Below, piece by piece: positions 26,581 through 34,985 of a stretch of DNA of 40,502 nucleotides. Below the pieces are notes generated by a model. The model was given only the letters and a program-made list of their open reading frames with translations, did no database searches and had not been told where the DNA came from. Where the stretch lies: positions 1 through 40,502 of IMG/VR virus record IMGVR_UViG_3300028370_000002, one strand, 5' to 3'. A program made the translations under genes and the position numbers. This DNA is from a virus (lineage: Duplodnaviria; Caudoviricetes). Position 1 is the stretch's first letter, and each line of letters starts with the position of its first letter.

Positions 26581-27647
26581 CAATTAAAACCCTCCCCAGC
26601 GCCGCCCACCGCTGGACGAAATGCTCCGCCGCGCCATTGTTTGCCAGCCGCGCCGGACCGCAACCGACCAGTGACGCCGCGCGGGAAGGCACGTGTGCGG
26701 CATGGGTGGCCGAGTTGCTGCTGACCGGAGACCTGCCGGTGGCGGTCGGCATGACCCATGAAAACGGATGGGAAGTCGACGCTACCATGATCGGCCATAT
26801 GCAGGATTATGCCGAAATCTGCCGCGCGGATGGCGGTAAAATGTGGGTGGAGGAACACGTCACGCTTTCGCCCACAATTGCAGGCACGCCCGATTGCGTA
26901 ACGCTGGCGGACGGCGTGCTGACCGTGCGTGATCTGAAATACGGCTTCCGGCTGGTGGCACCTGATGCGCCGCAATTGATTATCTATGCTGCTGCGATCT
27001 TGATTGCCCCGCCCGGCCCGGTCCGCACGATCCGCACCGAGATTTACCAGCCGCGCGGCTTTCACCAAGACGGCCCGCGCCGTTGGATCGACTGGACGCC
27101 CGATCAGATCCGCGCCAATGCCGCATGGATCATCCAGCGCGCAGAGGAATGTTACAAGCCTGACCCCATCGCCACGCCAGGCGATCACTGCCTGTATTGT
27201 GACGGGGCGGTGGGTTGCGTGGCGCTGCAACAGACAACCGCCACGGCTCTGGCCATTGCCGAGATGACCGGCCACCGCGACCGGACCCCGGCAGAAATGT
27301 CTCAGGCATTGCATTTTTACCGCAACGCGTTGGAAATTATCAGCGCAGCGGCAAAGGCCACCGAGGTTGAAGCAGAGGCGCGGGCCAAGCGTGGCGAACG
27401 TCTGCCAGGGTGGTGCATTCTGCCCCGGTTGGGTAACACGCGCGTCAAAGCATCACCCGCAGCCATCAAGGCACTGACTGGTAAAGATGCGACCAAGACC
27501 GTGCCGATGAATGTTGGCGACCTTAAACTTGCGGGCTTGACCGAGGCGCAATTATCTATTATTACCGAACGACCAACCACCGGCCACAAGCTGGCCCCGC
27601 TGGATCAGGACACCCTGGCCCGGCAACTCAACAGGAGCGCAAAATAA
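26577..27647 (+). CDS. Cas4-like PD-(D/E)XK exonuclease (DUF2800-like)
   Basis: PSAAHRWTKC, EGT, GTPD, DLKYG, QLIIYA, IYQPR and HCLYC...C motifs; ATGA start overlap at 26577. Confidence 0.8.
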   Translation: MTIKTLPSAAHRWTKCSAAPLFASRAGPQPTSDAAREGTCAAWVAELLLTGDLPVAVGMTHENGWEVDATMIGHMQDYAEICRADGGKMWVEEHVTLSPTIAGTPDCVTLADGVLTVRDLKYGFRLVAPDAPQLIIYAAAILIAPPGPVRTIRTEIYQPRGFHQDGPRRWIDWTPDQIRANAAWIIQRAEECYKPDPIATPGDHCLYCDGAVGCVALQQTTATALAIAEMTGHRDRTPAEMSQALHFYRNALEIISAAAKATEVEAEARAKRGERLPGWCILPRLGNTRVKASPAAIKALTGKDATKTVPMNVGDLKLAGLTEAQLSIITERPTTGHKLAPLDQDTLARQLNRSAK

Positions 27648-28480
27648 TGTCACGCCACACAGAATACGGAAATTCACCAGTCGGACGCCTTATCTCGGGC
27701 GATCCGTGGACCAAGCAGACCACCGATGCCAATAACCGCCCAATCCCAGAGGACAAACAATCGTTCTGGTTCGCCGTGGCGATTGAAAAGAACGCCCCCG
27801 GCATGAATGAAATGCTCAGCTTGATGTTCAAGGCGGCGCAGGCCGGATATGGGCAGTCCCCACACATTATGGCCCAGATCAACATGGGGCTGGCCGCCAC
27901 GGCATTTAGCTGGAAAATTGCGGACGGCGATGAAATGCGCGCCAACCCCACAACCGGCCAGCAGGAACTACGCTGGAAGCACGGTAAAGGATGCTGGGTT
28001 GTCAAGTTTTCGACCACGCTACCCATTGCATCGGCCAAATATCAGGGTGCTGTGCCGACCTATTGCGACCCCAGCGAAATCAAGCGAGGGTATTATGTCA
28101 CAGTGCCGTTCTCGACATCTGCCAATGGCAACATGGACCACACCGCAGGGGTTTATCTGAACCCCCAGACGGTTTGCCTTGTCGGTTTCGGCCCGGAGAT
28201 TGCCGGCGGCCCATCACTGGAGCAACAGCTTGGCGCAGGACCGGGCGCGTATATGCCCGCAGGCATGACCCAGACCCCTCAACTGCCGGGCGGTTCTGCA
28301 CCGGCCCCGTCAGGTATGCCCGCACCGTCAGGTATGCCCGCACCGGCACAGGCACCGGTGGGAAACGGTTCTGGAATGCCGACGCCGCAGACCAGTATGC
28401 CAAGTGGGGAGACTACATCCCCTACTAGCTACGGCGGTTATATGGCACCTGCAACGGGCGGCGGTATGCCAGGCGCGTAA
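27647..28480 (+). CDS. Single-stranded DNA-binding protein (DUF2815-like) with a Pro/Gly/Met-rich tail
   Basis: Lies between exonuclease and polymerase; SPVGRL, IKRGYYV and GVYLN motifs. Confidence 0.7.
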   Translation: MSRHTEYGNSPVGRLISGDPWTKQTTDANNRPIPEDKQSFWFAVAIEKNAPGMNEMLSLMFKAAQAGYGQSPHIMAQINMGLAATAFSWKIADGDEMRANPTTGQQELRWKHGKGCWVVKFSTTLPIASAKYQGAVPTYCDPSEIKRGYYVTVPFSTSANGNMDHTAGVYLNPQTVCLVGFGPEIAGGPSLEQQLGAGPGAYMPAGMTQTPQLPGGSAPAPSGMPAPSGMPAPAQAPVGNGSGMPTPQTSMPSGETTSPTSYGGYMAPATGGGMPGA

Positions 28481-28486
28481 CGGATC

Positions 28487-28517
28487 ACAGGGCGGGCTGT
28501 CATGGCCCGCCCTGTTT
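28487..28517 (+). terminator. Hairpin terminator after SSB
   Basis: ACAGGGCGGGC-tgtcatg-GCCCGCCCTGT-TT. Confidence 0.6.
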
Positions 28518-28688
28518 CAAGGTTGCTGCGTGGCAACTCTCCTGAGACGGATAGACAAAGCATGGCCGGACTTAATCCACGCTAGGAATGGCCCAAGCCA
28601 CCATGGCAAAAGGTAGAACCGCAAATCCTGACGGGTGGCAGGCGGTGACAGGAGGGAAAGACCCCACAACGCAACAGGGAGACACACC

Positions 28689-28892
28689 GTGACACAATTC
28701 AAACCCGGCGACCGCGTAACGCACAATCCGACCGGCGAGGAATGGAATGTGGGCAGGGTATATGGGTCCTATGTGGACTCTGTAGGCTGCACACGCCGCG
28801 TCCTTGCCAGCGACTGCACGCTGATTTGCGGCTGCACCACGTCAGACGAGCGGGAAGCCTGCACCAGAGCGTGCGAAGCGGTGGTGCTGTGA
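28689..28892 (+). CDS. Small Cys-rich hypothetical protein
   Basis: GGGAG SD before GTG 28689; FKPGDRV start; stop overlaps the polymerase start. Confidence 0.6.
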   Translation: MTQFKPGDRVTHNPTGEEWNVGRVYGSYVDSVGCTRRVLASDCTLICGCTTSDEREACTRACEAVVL

Positions 28893-30829
28893 CACCGTGG
28901 AACGATTTCCCCTACGATCTGGAATCCTACCCGAACGTATTCAGCGCAGTAATCGTCCATGCGGCCAGCGGCACGGAATGGATATTTGAAGTATCCGACC
29001 GGGTGAACCAGTCCCGTCAGTTGCTGAATTTCATCCGCACCATGGGGGCGCGTCCCGGCAACCGGATGGTAGGCTATAACAACGTAGGCTATGACTATCC
29101 GCTGTTGCACGCCCTGTTGAGGTTCGACTCATTTACCGCGGCAGATGCTTATCAAATATCCATGGGCATTATCGAGACGCCATGGAATGACCGATTCAAA
29201 AATAACGTCTGGGCGTCCGACATGATCGTGCCGCAAGTCGATCTGTTCAAAATCCACCATTTTGACAATCAAGCCCGCATGACCAGCCTGAAACAAATCG
29301 AAATTGCATTACAGTTGCCGCACGTTGCAGACATGCCCTTTCCGCCCGGCACGGTCCTGACGCCCGACCGGATCCCGCAGTTGCTCGGCTACAACCGGCA
29401 CGACGTGGCCGCCACGCTGCAATTCTACCGGCAGTCGGCGGCGGCCTTGGCGTTCCGTGACGAAATGTCGGCCGCGCTGGAACAAGACTTGATCAACGCC
29501 AGCGACTCGACCATCGGCTCGAAAGTGTTCATATCCCGCCTCAACGCCGCCCAGCCCGGCATCTGCGGCAAGTCTGGATCGTGGCGGCAGACACCCCGCG
29601 CGCGCATCCCGCTGGCCGACTGCATCTTTCCCTATGTGCAATTCCAGACACCTGAGTTCAACCGCGTGCTGGACTATCTGCGCGCCAAGACGATCACCAA
29701 GACAAAGGGTGCGTTCGACGACCTGACGGCCACCTGCCACGGCCTGACGTTTGTGTTCGGCACCGGCGGCATCCACGGCGCGCAGGACGGCACCACATGG
29801 CGCAGCACGCCTGACAGGGTAGTGCAGGGCCGGGACGTGCGCAGCTACTATCCAAACCTTGCCATTGCCAACCGCGTCTATCCGGCGCACCTGTCCGACG
29901 TGTTCTGTGACATCTACAAGGACGTTTACGACCAGCGGATCAGCCTTCCCAAAAGCGATCCGCGCAACAAGGCCCTGAAGCTGGCCCTCAACGCAACCTA
30001 TGGCAACTCGAACTCGAATTATAGCCCGTTCTATGATCCGCTCTACACGATGACAATCACGATCAACGGACAGTTGTTGCTTTGCATGCTGGCGGAACGG
30101 CTGGCGGCCATTCCGTCGCTCGAACTGATACAGGTCAACACGGACGGGATTGAATACATTGTTGATCGGGACAGGGTGGCAGAGTGTGACGCGGTGTCTG
30201 CCGAGTGGGAAAAGCTGACCGGGCTGGAATTGGAGTCTGAGGATTATGCCAGCTTCCATCAAAGGGACGTAAATTCATACCTGGCGATTGACGCGCGCGG
30301 CGGCGTGAAATGCAAAGGCGCGTTCGAGTATCAGCACGGTCTGGGATACGGCGACGGCTGGCACAAAAACCAATCATGCAAGATCGTGGCCATGGCGGCC
30401 GAAGCATATCTGGTGCGCGGCGTGCCGGTGGCCGATACCGTGGCGGCCTGTGACAACGCTTTCCATTTCATGCACACCCTGAAGGCCCAGCGCGGCGACA
30501 GGGTGATGCTTGGCGGTGATCTGTCCGACTATGACTGCCAATGGACGCCACCAGACGCCAAGGGGCGACCCGTCAAGCGCAAGATGCATAGCGGCGGGGT
30601 AGCACAGCAGCGGACGGGGCGGTTCTATGTCACGGCGCAGGGCGGCGCGCAGTTGTGGAAGATCATGCCGCCCCTGCCCAAGCTGCCATCGCACGACCGG
30701 CCCCAGGCGATCCTGAAGGGTGAGACGGTGCTGATGTGTAATGATTTGCACGACTTCGACTGGTCATTGCTGGATCGGGGTTATTATGCGCGGGTCGCTT
30801 GGGACCTGGTTCTCAGCACCGGCGGGTGA
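28889..30829 (+). CDS. Family B DNA polymerase with 3'-5' exonuclease
   Basis: ExoI YDLES, ExoII GYNNVGYD, ExoIII YNRHDV; motif A DVRSYYP, motif B KLALNATYG, motif C NTDG; GTG start at 28889 (GTGA overlap). Confidence 0.92.
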   Translation: MTPWNDFPYDLESYPNVFSAVIVHAASGTEWIFEVSDRVNQSRQLLNFIRTMGARPGNRMVGYNNVGYDYPLLHALLRFDSFTAADAYQISMGIIETPWNDRFKNNVWASDMIVPQVDLFKIHHFDNQARMTSLKQIEIALQLPHVADMPFPPGTVLTPDRIPQLLGYNRHDVAATLQFYRQSAAALAFRDEMSAALEQDLINASDSTIGSKVFISRLNAAQPGICGKSGSWRQTPRARIPLADCIFPYVQFQTPEFNRVLDYLRAKTITKTKGAFDDLTATCHGLTFVFGTGGIHGAQDGTTWRSTPDRVVQGRDVRSYYPNLAIANRVYPAHLSDVFCDIYKDVYDQRISLPKSDPRNKALKLALNATYGNSNSNYSPFYDPLYTMTITINGQLLLCMLAERLAAIPSLELIQVNTDGIEYIVDRDRVAECDAVSAEWEKLTGLELESEDYASFHQRDVNSYLAIDARGGVKCKGAFEYQHGLGYGDGWHKNQSCKIVAMAAEAYLVRGVPVADTVAACDNAFHFMHTLKAQRGDRVMLGGDLSDYDCQWTPPDAKGRPVKRKMHSGGVAQQRTGRFYVTAQGGAQLWKIMPPLPKLPSHDRPQAILKGETVLMCNDLHDFDWSLLDRGYYARVAWDLVLSTGG

Positions 30830-30850
30830 CAGGGAGAAAACACCCGCCGG
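30819..30850 (+). terminator. 10-bp-stem hairpin over the polymerase stop
   Basis: CCGGCGGGTG-N12-CACCCGCCGG; no U-tract. Confidence 0.4.
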
Positions 30851-30911
30851 GCTCAGAGATGCCACACAACACGGACACTGTGCACTATTTTTCGGATCGT
30901 GTAAATAGTGG

Positions 30912-30940
30912 TTGACTTGGTAGACAATAGGTGGCAATAA
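30912..30940 (+). promoter_or_regulatory. CAATA-repeat promoter, copy 4
   Basis: TTGACT-tggtagaCAATAggtgg-CAATAA. Confidence 0.8.
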
Positions 30941-30974
30941 GGATGTAACAGAAACGCAACCTGGAGATACCGAC

Positions 30975-31157
30975 ATGACAACCTTTTACCACGCACACGT
31001 CGCAGGATTCATAAAGCACGCGGACAGCGTTGCCGAAGTCCAAATATGGCTCGACAGCCTGCGCGGCAGGGTGGTCGGTGAAACTTTGAAAGTGTGGCGT
31101 GTTGTCGATTGTGTAGCAGATGCCACACCCTGCATCCACGGGCCGGTGGCTGCATGA
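30975..31157 (+). CDS. Hypothetical protein
   Basis: GGAG SD; first gene after the promoter. Confidence 0.7.
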   Translation: MTTFYHAHVAGFIKHADSVAEVQIWLDSLRGRVVGETLKVWRVVDCVADATPCIHGPVAA

Positions 31158-31351
31158 CCCACCACACCGAACGCCCCTGCGCCGCCGCCGGGCTGACCTC
31201 CTACCGCTATGGTAGCATCATGATCGGCGCGACCAGCACGCGGGACGCATTGAACGAGGCTGACCGGTCGCTGACCCAATGCGCCGCGTCGATCGATCAA
31301 CTGGAAATCTGGAACGCCCTGACCGGGCTTTATGAGAAGGTGAAGTCATGA
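31154..31351 (+). CDS. Hypothetical protein
   Basis: ATGA-coupled start MTHHTERPC. Confidence 0.65.
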   Translation: MTHHTERPCAAAGLTSYRYGSIMIGATSTRDALNEADRSLTQCAASIDQLEIWNALTGLYEKVKS

Positions 31352-31518
31352 GCGATATTTACACAGACAACGGATATACTGACCGCGCCGAATACCTTGA
31401 CAGCCTTGCCGAGGAATACGGAATGGACATCAACGTGGTTCAGAACCTTGCTGAAATACTCGGCCCAAACGAGGATTTTGACGGGTTGGTGACGACGTTG
31501 CAGGACCACGCGCCATGA
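31348..31518 (+). CDS. 56-aa highly acidic protein (not in the ORF track)
   Basis: MSDIYTDNGYTDRAEYLDSLAEEYGMDINVVQNLAEILGPNEDFDGLVTTLQDHAP*; ATGA overlaps at both ends. Confidence 0.75.
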   Translation: MSDIYTDNGYTDRAEYLDSLAEEYGMDINVVQNLAEILGPNEDFDGLVTTLQDHAP

Positions 31519-31688
31519 CCCTCAGCAAATTCCGCGGCAAGCTCTACGCCCTCGCCAAGATCCTCGGGGACGTGCAGGCTGTAACGCACAAAAACCCCAC
31601 CAAGGCCATCCCGAAGCGCATTGGCCGCCGTATCGCCGGGAAGATCACGGGCCGGATTATGGGCTCCATATTTCCACCGACCAGATAG
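31515..31688 (+). CDS. 57-aa highly basic protein (not in the ORF track)
   Basis: MTLSKFRGKLYALAKILGDVQAVTHKNPTKAIPKRIGRRIAGKITGRIMGSIFPPTR*. Confidence 0.7.
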   Translation: MTLSKFRGKLYALAKILGDVQAVTHKNPTKAIPKRIGRRIAGKITGRIMGSIFPPTR

Positions 31689-31699
31689 GAGACACCGCT

Positions 31700-31867
31700 A
31701 TGAAACTCACACCCGACGAAATGGCAGAAGCCGTCAAAAAGATAGTGACCGACAACGGTGACATTTTGACAGGACTGTCATTCGACACGCTTTTCGGCAG
31801 CCATTCATACAGTACCATTGTGGCAAGGAGAATGGATGGAACAGCTATGGTGGTTTTGAAGCCATGA
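31700..31867 (+). CDS. Hypothetical 55-aa protein (not in the ORF track)
   Basis: AGGAG SD; MKLTPDEMAEAVKK...VVLKP*. Confidence 0.65.
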   Translation: MKLTPDEMAEAVKKIVTDNGDILTGLSFDTLFGSHSYSTIVARRMDGTAMVVLKP

Positions 31868-32061
31868 CACACCTTTACCAGATATGCCACAACGCGCGCC
31901 GGATGGACCGGCACAGTGAGGCGGAATTGTGGTCGCGGTTCAAAGCGGTCCGGCCCCAGGACGCTTGCGCTGTCACACCGGCCCGCCCTGCACCGCACCC
32001 GATGCCTGAACAAATCGACGCGGCGCTTGAATGGGCGCGAAATTACCTGTTGACTCGGTAG
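31864..32061 (+). CDS. Hypothetical protein
   Basis: ATGA coupling. Confidence 0.6.
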   Translation: MTHLYQICHNARRMDRHSEAELWSRFKAVRPQDACAVTPARPAPHPMPEQIDAALEWARNYLLTR

Positions 32062-32078
32062 GTAATAGGTGGCAATAA
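32050..32078 (+). promoter_or_regulatory. CAATA-repeat promoter, copy 5
   Basis: TTGACT-cggtaggTAATAggtgg-CAATAA. Confidence 0.8.
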
Positions 32079-32114
32079 GGGTGTAGAGAAACACACCGGC
32101 AAGGAGCCACCGAC

Positions 32115-32288
32115 ATGACCCTGACCACCCTGATCGCAGCCGCCCACACCGACCTGAACGAACTGATTGTTTCGAGGGTTAACCGTTGCAACCTGCTGGA
32201 GCTTGAAGTAGCAGCTCGCGCCGCCGGTGCATGGGAAGTGGCCCAAGAATTGAATTACGTTCGCAACACCAAGGTCAGCAGTTATTGA
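32115..32288 (+). CDS. Hypothetical 57-aa protein (not in the ORF track)
   Basis: AAGGAG SD; MTLTTLIAAAHTDLNELIVSRVNRC...KVSSY*. Confidence 0.65.
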   Translation: MTLTTLIAAAHTDLNELIVSRVNRCNLLELEVAARAAGAWEVAQELNYVRNTKVSSY

Positions 32289-32352
32289 GCCTGACACACA
32301 CGGGCGGCGGCGTAACAGCCCCGCCCACCACAACCAAACCGGAGCCAAACAA

Positions 32353-33024
32353 ATGAAAACCATCACACCCACACCGACCCCGACCACGTTTTTCCTGCCC
32401 GCCGATGATCTGCGCGCGGCGTTCCAGTGCATCAGCACCGAAGGGATCCGCTACTATCTCGGCGGCGTGCTGATCGAGGCTGACAAGCTGGTCGCGCTGG
32501 ACGGACACCAGATGCTTACGATTGACCTGCCAGACGGATGCCACGTCGGCACGGAATGTTTCACGCAGGGTATGGACGCGCCACGGATGCCCGGAGCCAC
32601 CGGCACGCCTCAAGGCGCGGGGTTCATCCTGTCATGTGACGCAACCGACAAGGCGTTCAAAGCCAAGGCGTCTGGCGGCGACCTTTGGGTCTACGGTGAC
32701 ATCGAAACCGGGATACTGCAATTTGTGATCAACCACGGCAAGGGCTGCGAAATGGCCCGTGTTGGCGTACTGGAATTTACCGTGATCGACGGCACGTTCC
32801 CGGAATGGCGGCGCATGGTGGCCAAAGGCGACGGGGGCGCTGCCAGCTTGTGCTACGATCCTGCCGTGCTGGGCAAGCTGATCAAGGCCGCCGACGTGAT
32901 CAACAAGGGTCGCCCGATCCGGCTGACCGGGGGTGCAGGGGCAGGCGATCCGATCCGGGTGGATTTTGTAGCGTCTGCCCGCCTGCGCGGCACGCTTATG
33001 TCGGTGCGGTGGACGGGCGCATGA
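32353..33024 (+). CDS. DNA polymerase III beta-clamp-like protein (short form, about two domains)
   Basis: RYYLGGVLIE, VALDGHQM, IDGTFPEWRRMV and C-terminal TLMSVR correspond to DnaN middle and C-terminal domain motifs. Confidence 0.75.
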   Translation: MKTITPTPTPTTFFLPADDLRAAFQCISTEGIRYYLGGVLIEADKLVALDGHQMLTIDLPDGCHVGTECFTQGMDAPRMPGATGTPQGAGFILSCDATDKAFKAKASGGDLWVYGDIETGILQFVINHGKGCEMARVGVLEFTVIDGTFPEWRRMVAKGDGGAASLCYDPAVLGKLIKAADVINKGRPIRLTGGAGAGDPIRVDFVASARLRGTLMSVRWTGA

Positions 33025-33566
33025 CCCTAAGAGACTGGCAAGCGCGGTGGGGCTACCACGTCCCCGCACAGGCCCTTGCCGAACTGACGGCTATCCTGAG
33101 CCCCGCTATGCCCTCGCCCGCCCCCACGGCCCGTCACAGTGAGGCGGCGGGGGCGGCACAGGTACGTCTTGCGGCGGGCCGGGCTGGTGTGCCGATCTGG
33201 CGAAATAATAACGGCGGCTGCACCGACCAGACAGGCCGCCTGATCCGGTTCGGGTTAGGCAATGAATCGCCCGCCTTGAACGCGCGCTGGAAGTCGTCCG
33301 ACCTGATCGGGATCCTGCCCGTGGTGGTGCAGCCGTCACACGTTGGCAAAACGCTTGGCGTGTTCCTGGCGGTTGAAACCAAAAAGCCCGGATGGCACCT
33401 GACGCCCGGCGACAAGCGCGGCCAGGCGCAGGCCGCTTTCCTGCAATCTGTCCGGGGGTTCGGCGGTGTCGGTGGATTCTGTTGCACTGCTGACGATTTT
33501 ATAGGGTTGACGCGGGAGACAATAGGTGGCAATAAGGGTGCAGAGAGACACACCAACCGGAGTTAA
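33021..33566 (+). CDS. VRR-NUC-like nuclease (putative Holliday junction resolvase)
   Basis: SE...WRNNNG, SSDLIG, AVETK and Q..FL..V...GG motifs; ATGA start at 33021. Confidence 0.78.
   Translation: MTLRDWQARWGYHVPAQALAELTAILSPAMPSPAPTARHSEAAGAAQVRLAAGRAGVPIWRNNNGGCTDQTGRLIRFGLGNESPALNARWKSSDLIGILPVVVQPSHVGKTLGVFLAVETKKPGWHLTPGDKRGQAQAAFLQSVRGFGGVGGFCCTADDFIGLTRETIGGNKGAERHTNRS
33507..33535 (+). promoter_or_regulatory. CAATA-repeat promoter, copy 6 (inside the 3' end of the nuclease ORF)
   Basis: TTGACG-cgggagaCAATAggtgg-CAATAA. Confidence 0.8.
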
Positions 33567-33570
33567 GATT

Positions 33571-34032
33571 ATGACCGAACAGCGATACGAAATAAACGCC
33601 GCTGCCATTGCAACGCCAGATGAGATTGCAGACGCGGAGGCTAATGTTGCGGAGGCAATGGCTGCGCGCGACAGTATAATGAGTCAGTTAGACGATGAAA
33701 TAGCCAATCCTCACCGGGGTTCTGATTGGCTATTACGGGCGCGGGTTGCGTTTGCACATGCCAAGAAAGATTTAACAATCGCCCGCGCGGATTTGAAAGC
33801 GCTTAAAAGTGACAAGCGTTTTGAAGCGGCAAACTGGAACCTGCAAAACCAAAAAGAAAAGCACAAGCTACAAATTGCGCGAGTGCAAGCAGCCGTAATG
33901 TGTGAGGGCGCGGGATTAAAGGGAGTTATACATTGGGTGTTTGAAAACTACCCTGAGCGGATAGAAGAAGTTTTCGCTGCAAGAAACGCCGCGCAAGCCG
34001 ACTTCAAAGCAAAGCAGGAGGCAGGACAATGA
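33571..34032 (+). CDS. Hypothetical coiled-coil protein
   Basis: GGAG SD before ATG 33571. Confidence 0.7.
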   Translation: MTEQRYEINAAAIATPDEIADAEANVAEAMAARDSIMSQLDDEIANPHRGSDWLLRARVAFAHAKKDLTIARADLKALKSDKRFEAANWNLQNQKEKHKLQIARVQAAVMCEGAGLKGVIHWVFENYPERIEEVFAARNAAQADFKAKQEAGQ

Positions 34033-34073
34033 CCCGCGCCGCACACACCAACCCAACCAAAGGAACCAACCAA

Positions 34074-34418
34074 ATGAAAACCATCGTTACCACGCTTACA
34101 GCCGCTACGCTTGCCCTTGCAGGATGCGCAACGGCACCCGATCAGATCGCCCCCGCATACGTTAGCCCGACCGCATACACAGGTCAGACATGCGGCCAGC
34201 TTAACGCAGCCGCTGTGCAGCTTAACGCGCGTCTTGCTACGGCGACCGGACAACAGACACAGCAGGCGAACAACGACGCGGCAATGACTGCCGTCGCATT
34301 GGTATTGTTCTGGCCCGCCGCATTCTGGATCGGCGGAAACGACCAAGGGCCCGCAATCGCACAGATGCGCGGCGAGGCTGAGGCAATCCGCGCCGCAGCA
34401 ATCGCGCAGGGGTGCTGA
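34074..34418 (+). CDS. Lipoprotein
   Basis: Signal peptide II MKTIVTTLTAATLALAG-C; AAGGA SD; second hydrophobic stretch. Confidence 0.75.
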   Translation: MKTIVTTLTAATLALAGCATAPDQIAPAYVSPTAYTGQTCGQLNAAAVQLNARLATATGQQTQQANNDAAMTAVALVLFWPAAFWIGGNDQGPAIAQMRGEAEAIRAAAIAQGC

Positions 34419-34419
34419 T

Positions 34420-34734
34420 ATGACCCATGCCGACCGCACCGCCCTTGCCCAGAAATGCTACATCGTCTGCCCTGAGTGCGTAGGCACATCCGGCAACGCG
34501 CGCAGCTATGACTACGTGCGAGGCGCATCCGCTGTGATGGCGACCAGACAGTATACATCGGCAATCGCGCGACGCTCGATGCAATATCAGAGGAGAAACA
34601 CACATGAGATTCAACGCACAAGAGACGGCATTATGATCCGCCGCATCCTGACCGACGCCATCGGCGCCGCTTGCGTCATCGCCCTGCCGTTCGTGTTTTT
34701 GTACATCGCGTATGGGTTTGGGGGTGCTCAATGA
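34420..34734 (+). CDS. Hypothetical protein with a CxxC motif and C-terminal TM segment (may be two small genes)
   Basis: CPEC motif; hydrophobic C-terminus; internal SD-like sites. Confidence 0.45.
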   Translation: MTHADRTALAQKCYIVCPECVGTSGNARSYDYVRGASAVMATRQYTSAIARRSMQYQRRNTHEIQRTRDGIMIRRILTDAIGAACVIALPFVFLYIAYGFGGAQ

Positions 34735-34934
34735 GCATCTTAGCCACCATCCGACGCATCATCCGGCCCGTGCCGAATCCCCGCCGCAATCCGACAATCA
34801 ACTATCTCGATCACCTGCGCGACGTGCCGCCGTACATGCAGCGACACCGCGACGAGATAGCGGATCTTGATCACGACGCACACATTGCAAAGCTGGTGCA
34901 GATGCGCCGCGAAATGAGGGAGACGAAGCAATGA
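34731..34934 (+). CDS. Hypothetical protein
   Basis: ATGA-coupled start MSILATIRR. Confidence 0.55.
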   Translation: MSILATIRRIIRPVPNPRRNPTINYLDHLRDVPPYMQRHRDEIADLDHDAHIAKLVQMRREMRETKQ

Positions 34935-34985
34935 CAATACTCACCCGCAATACTGCCCTGCTCCGCGCTGCGATCGGAGACTGAG

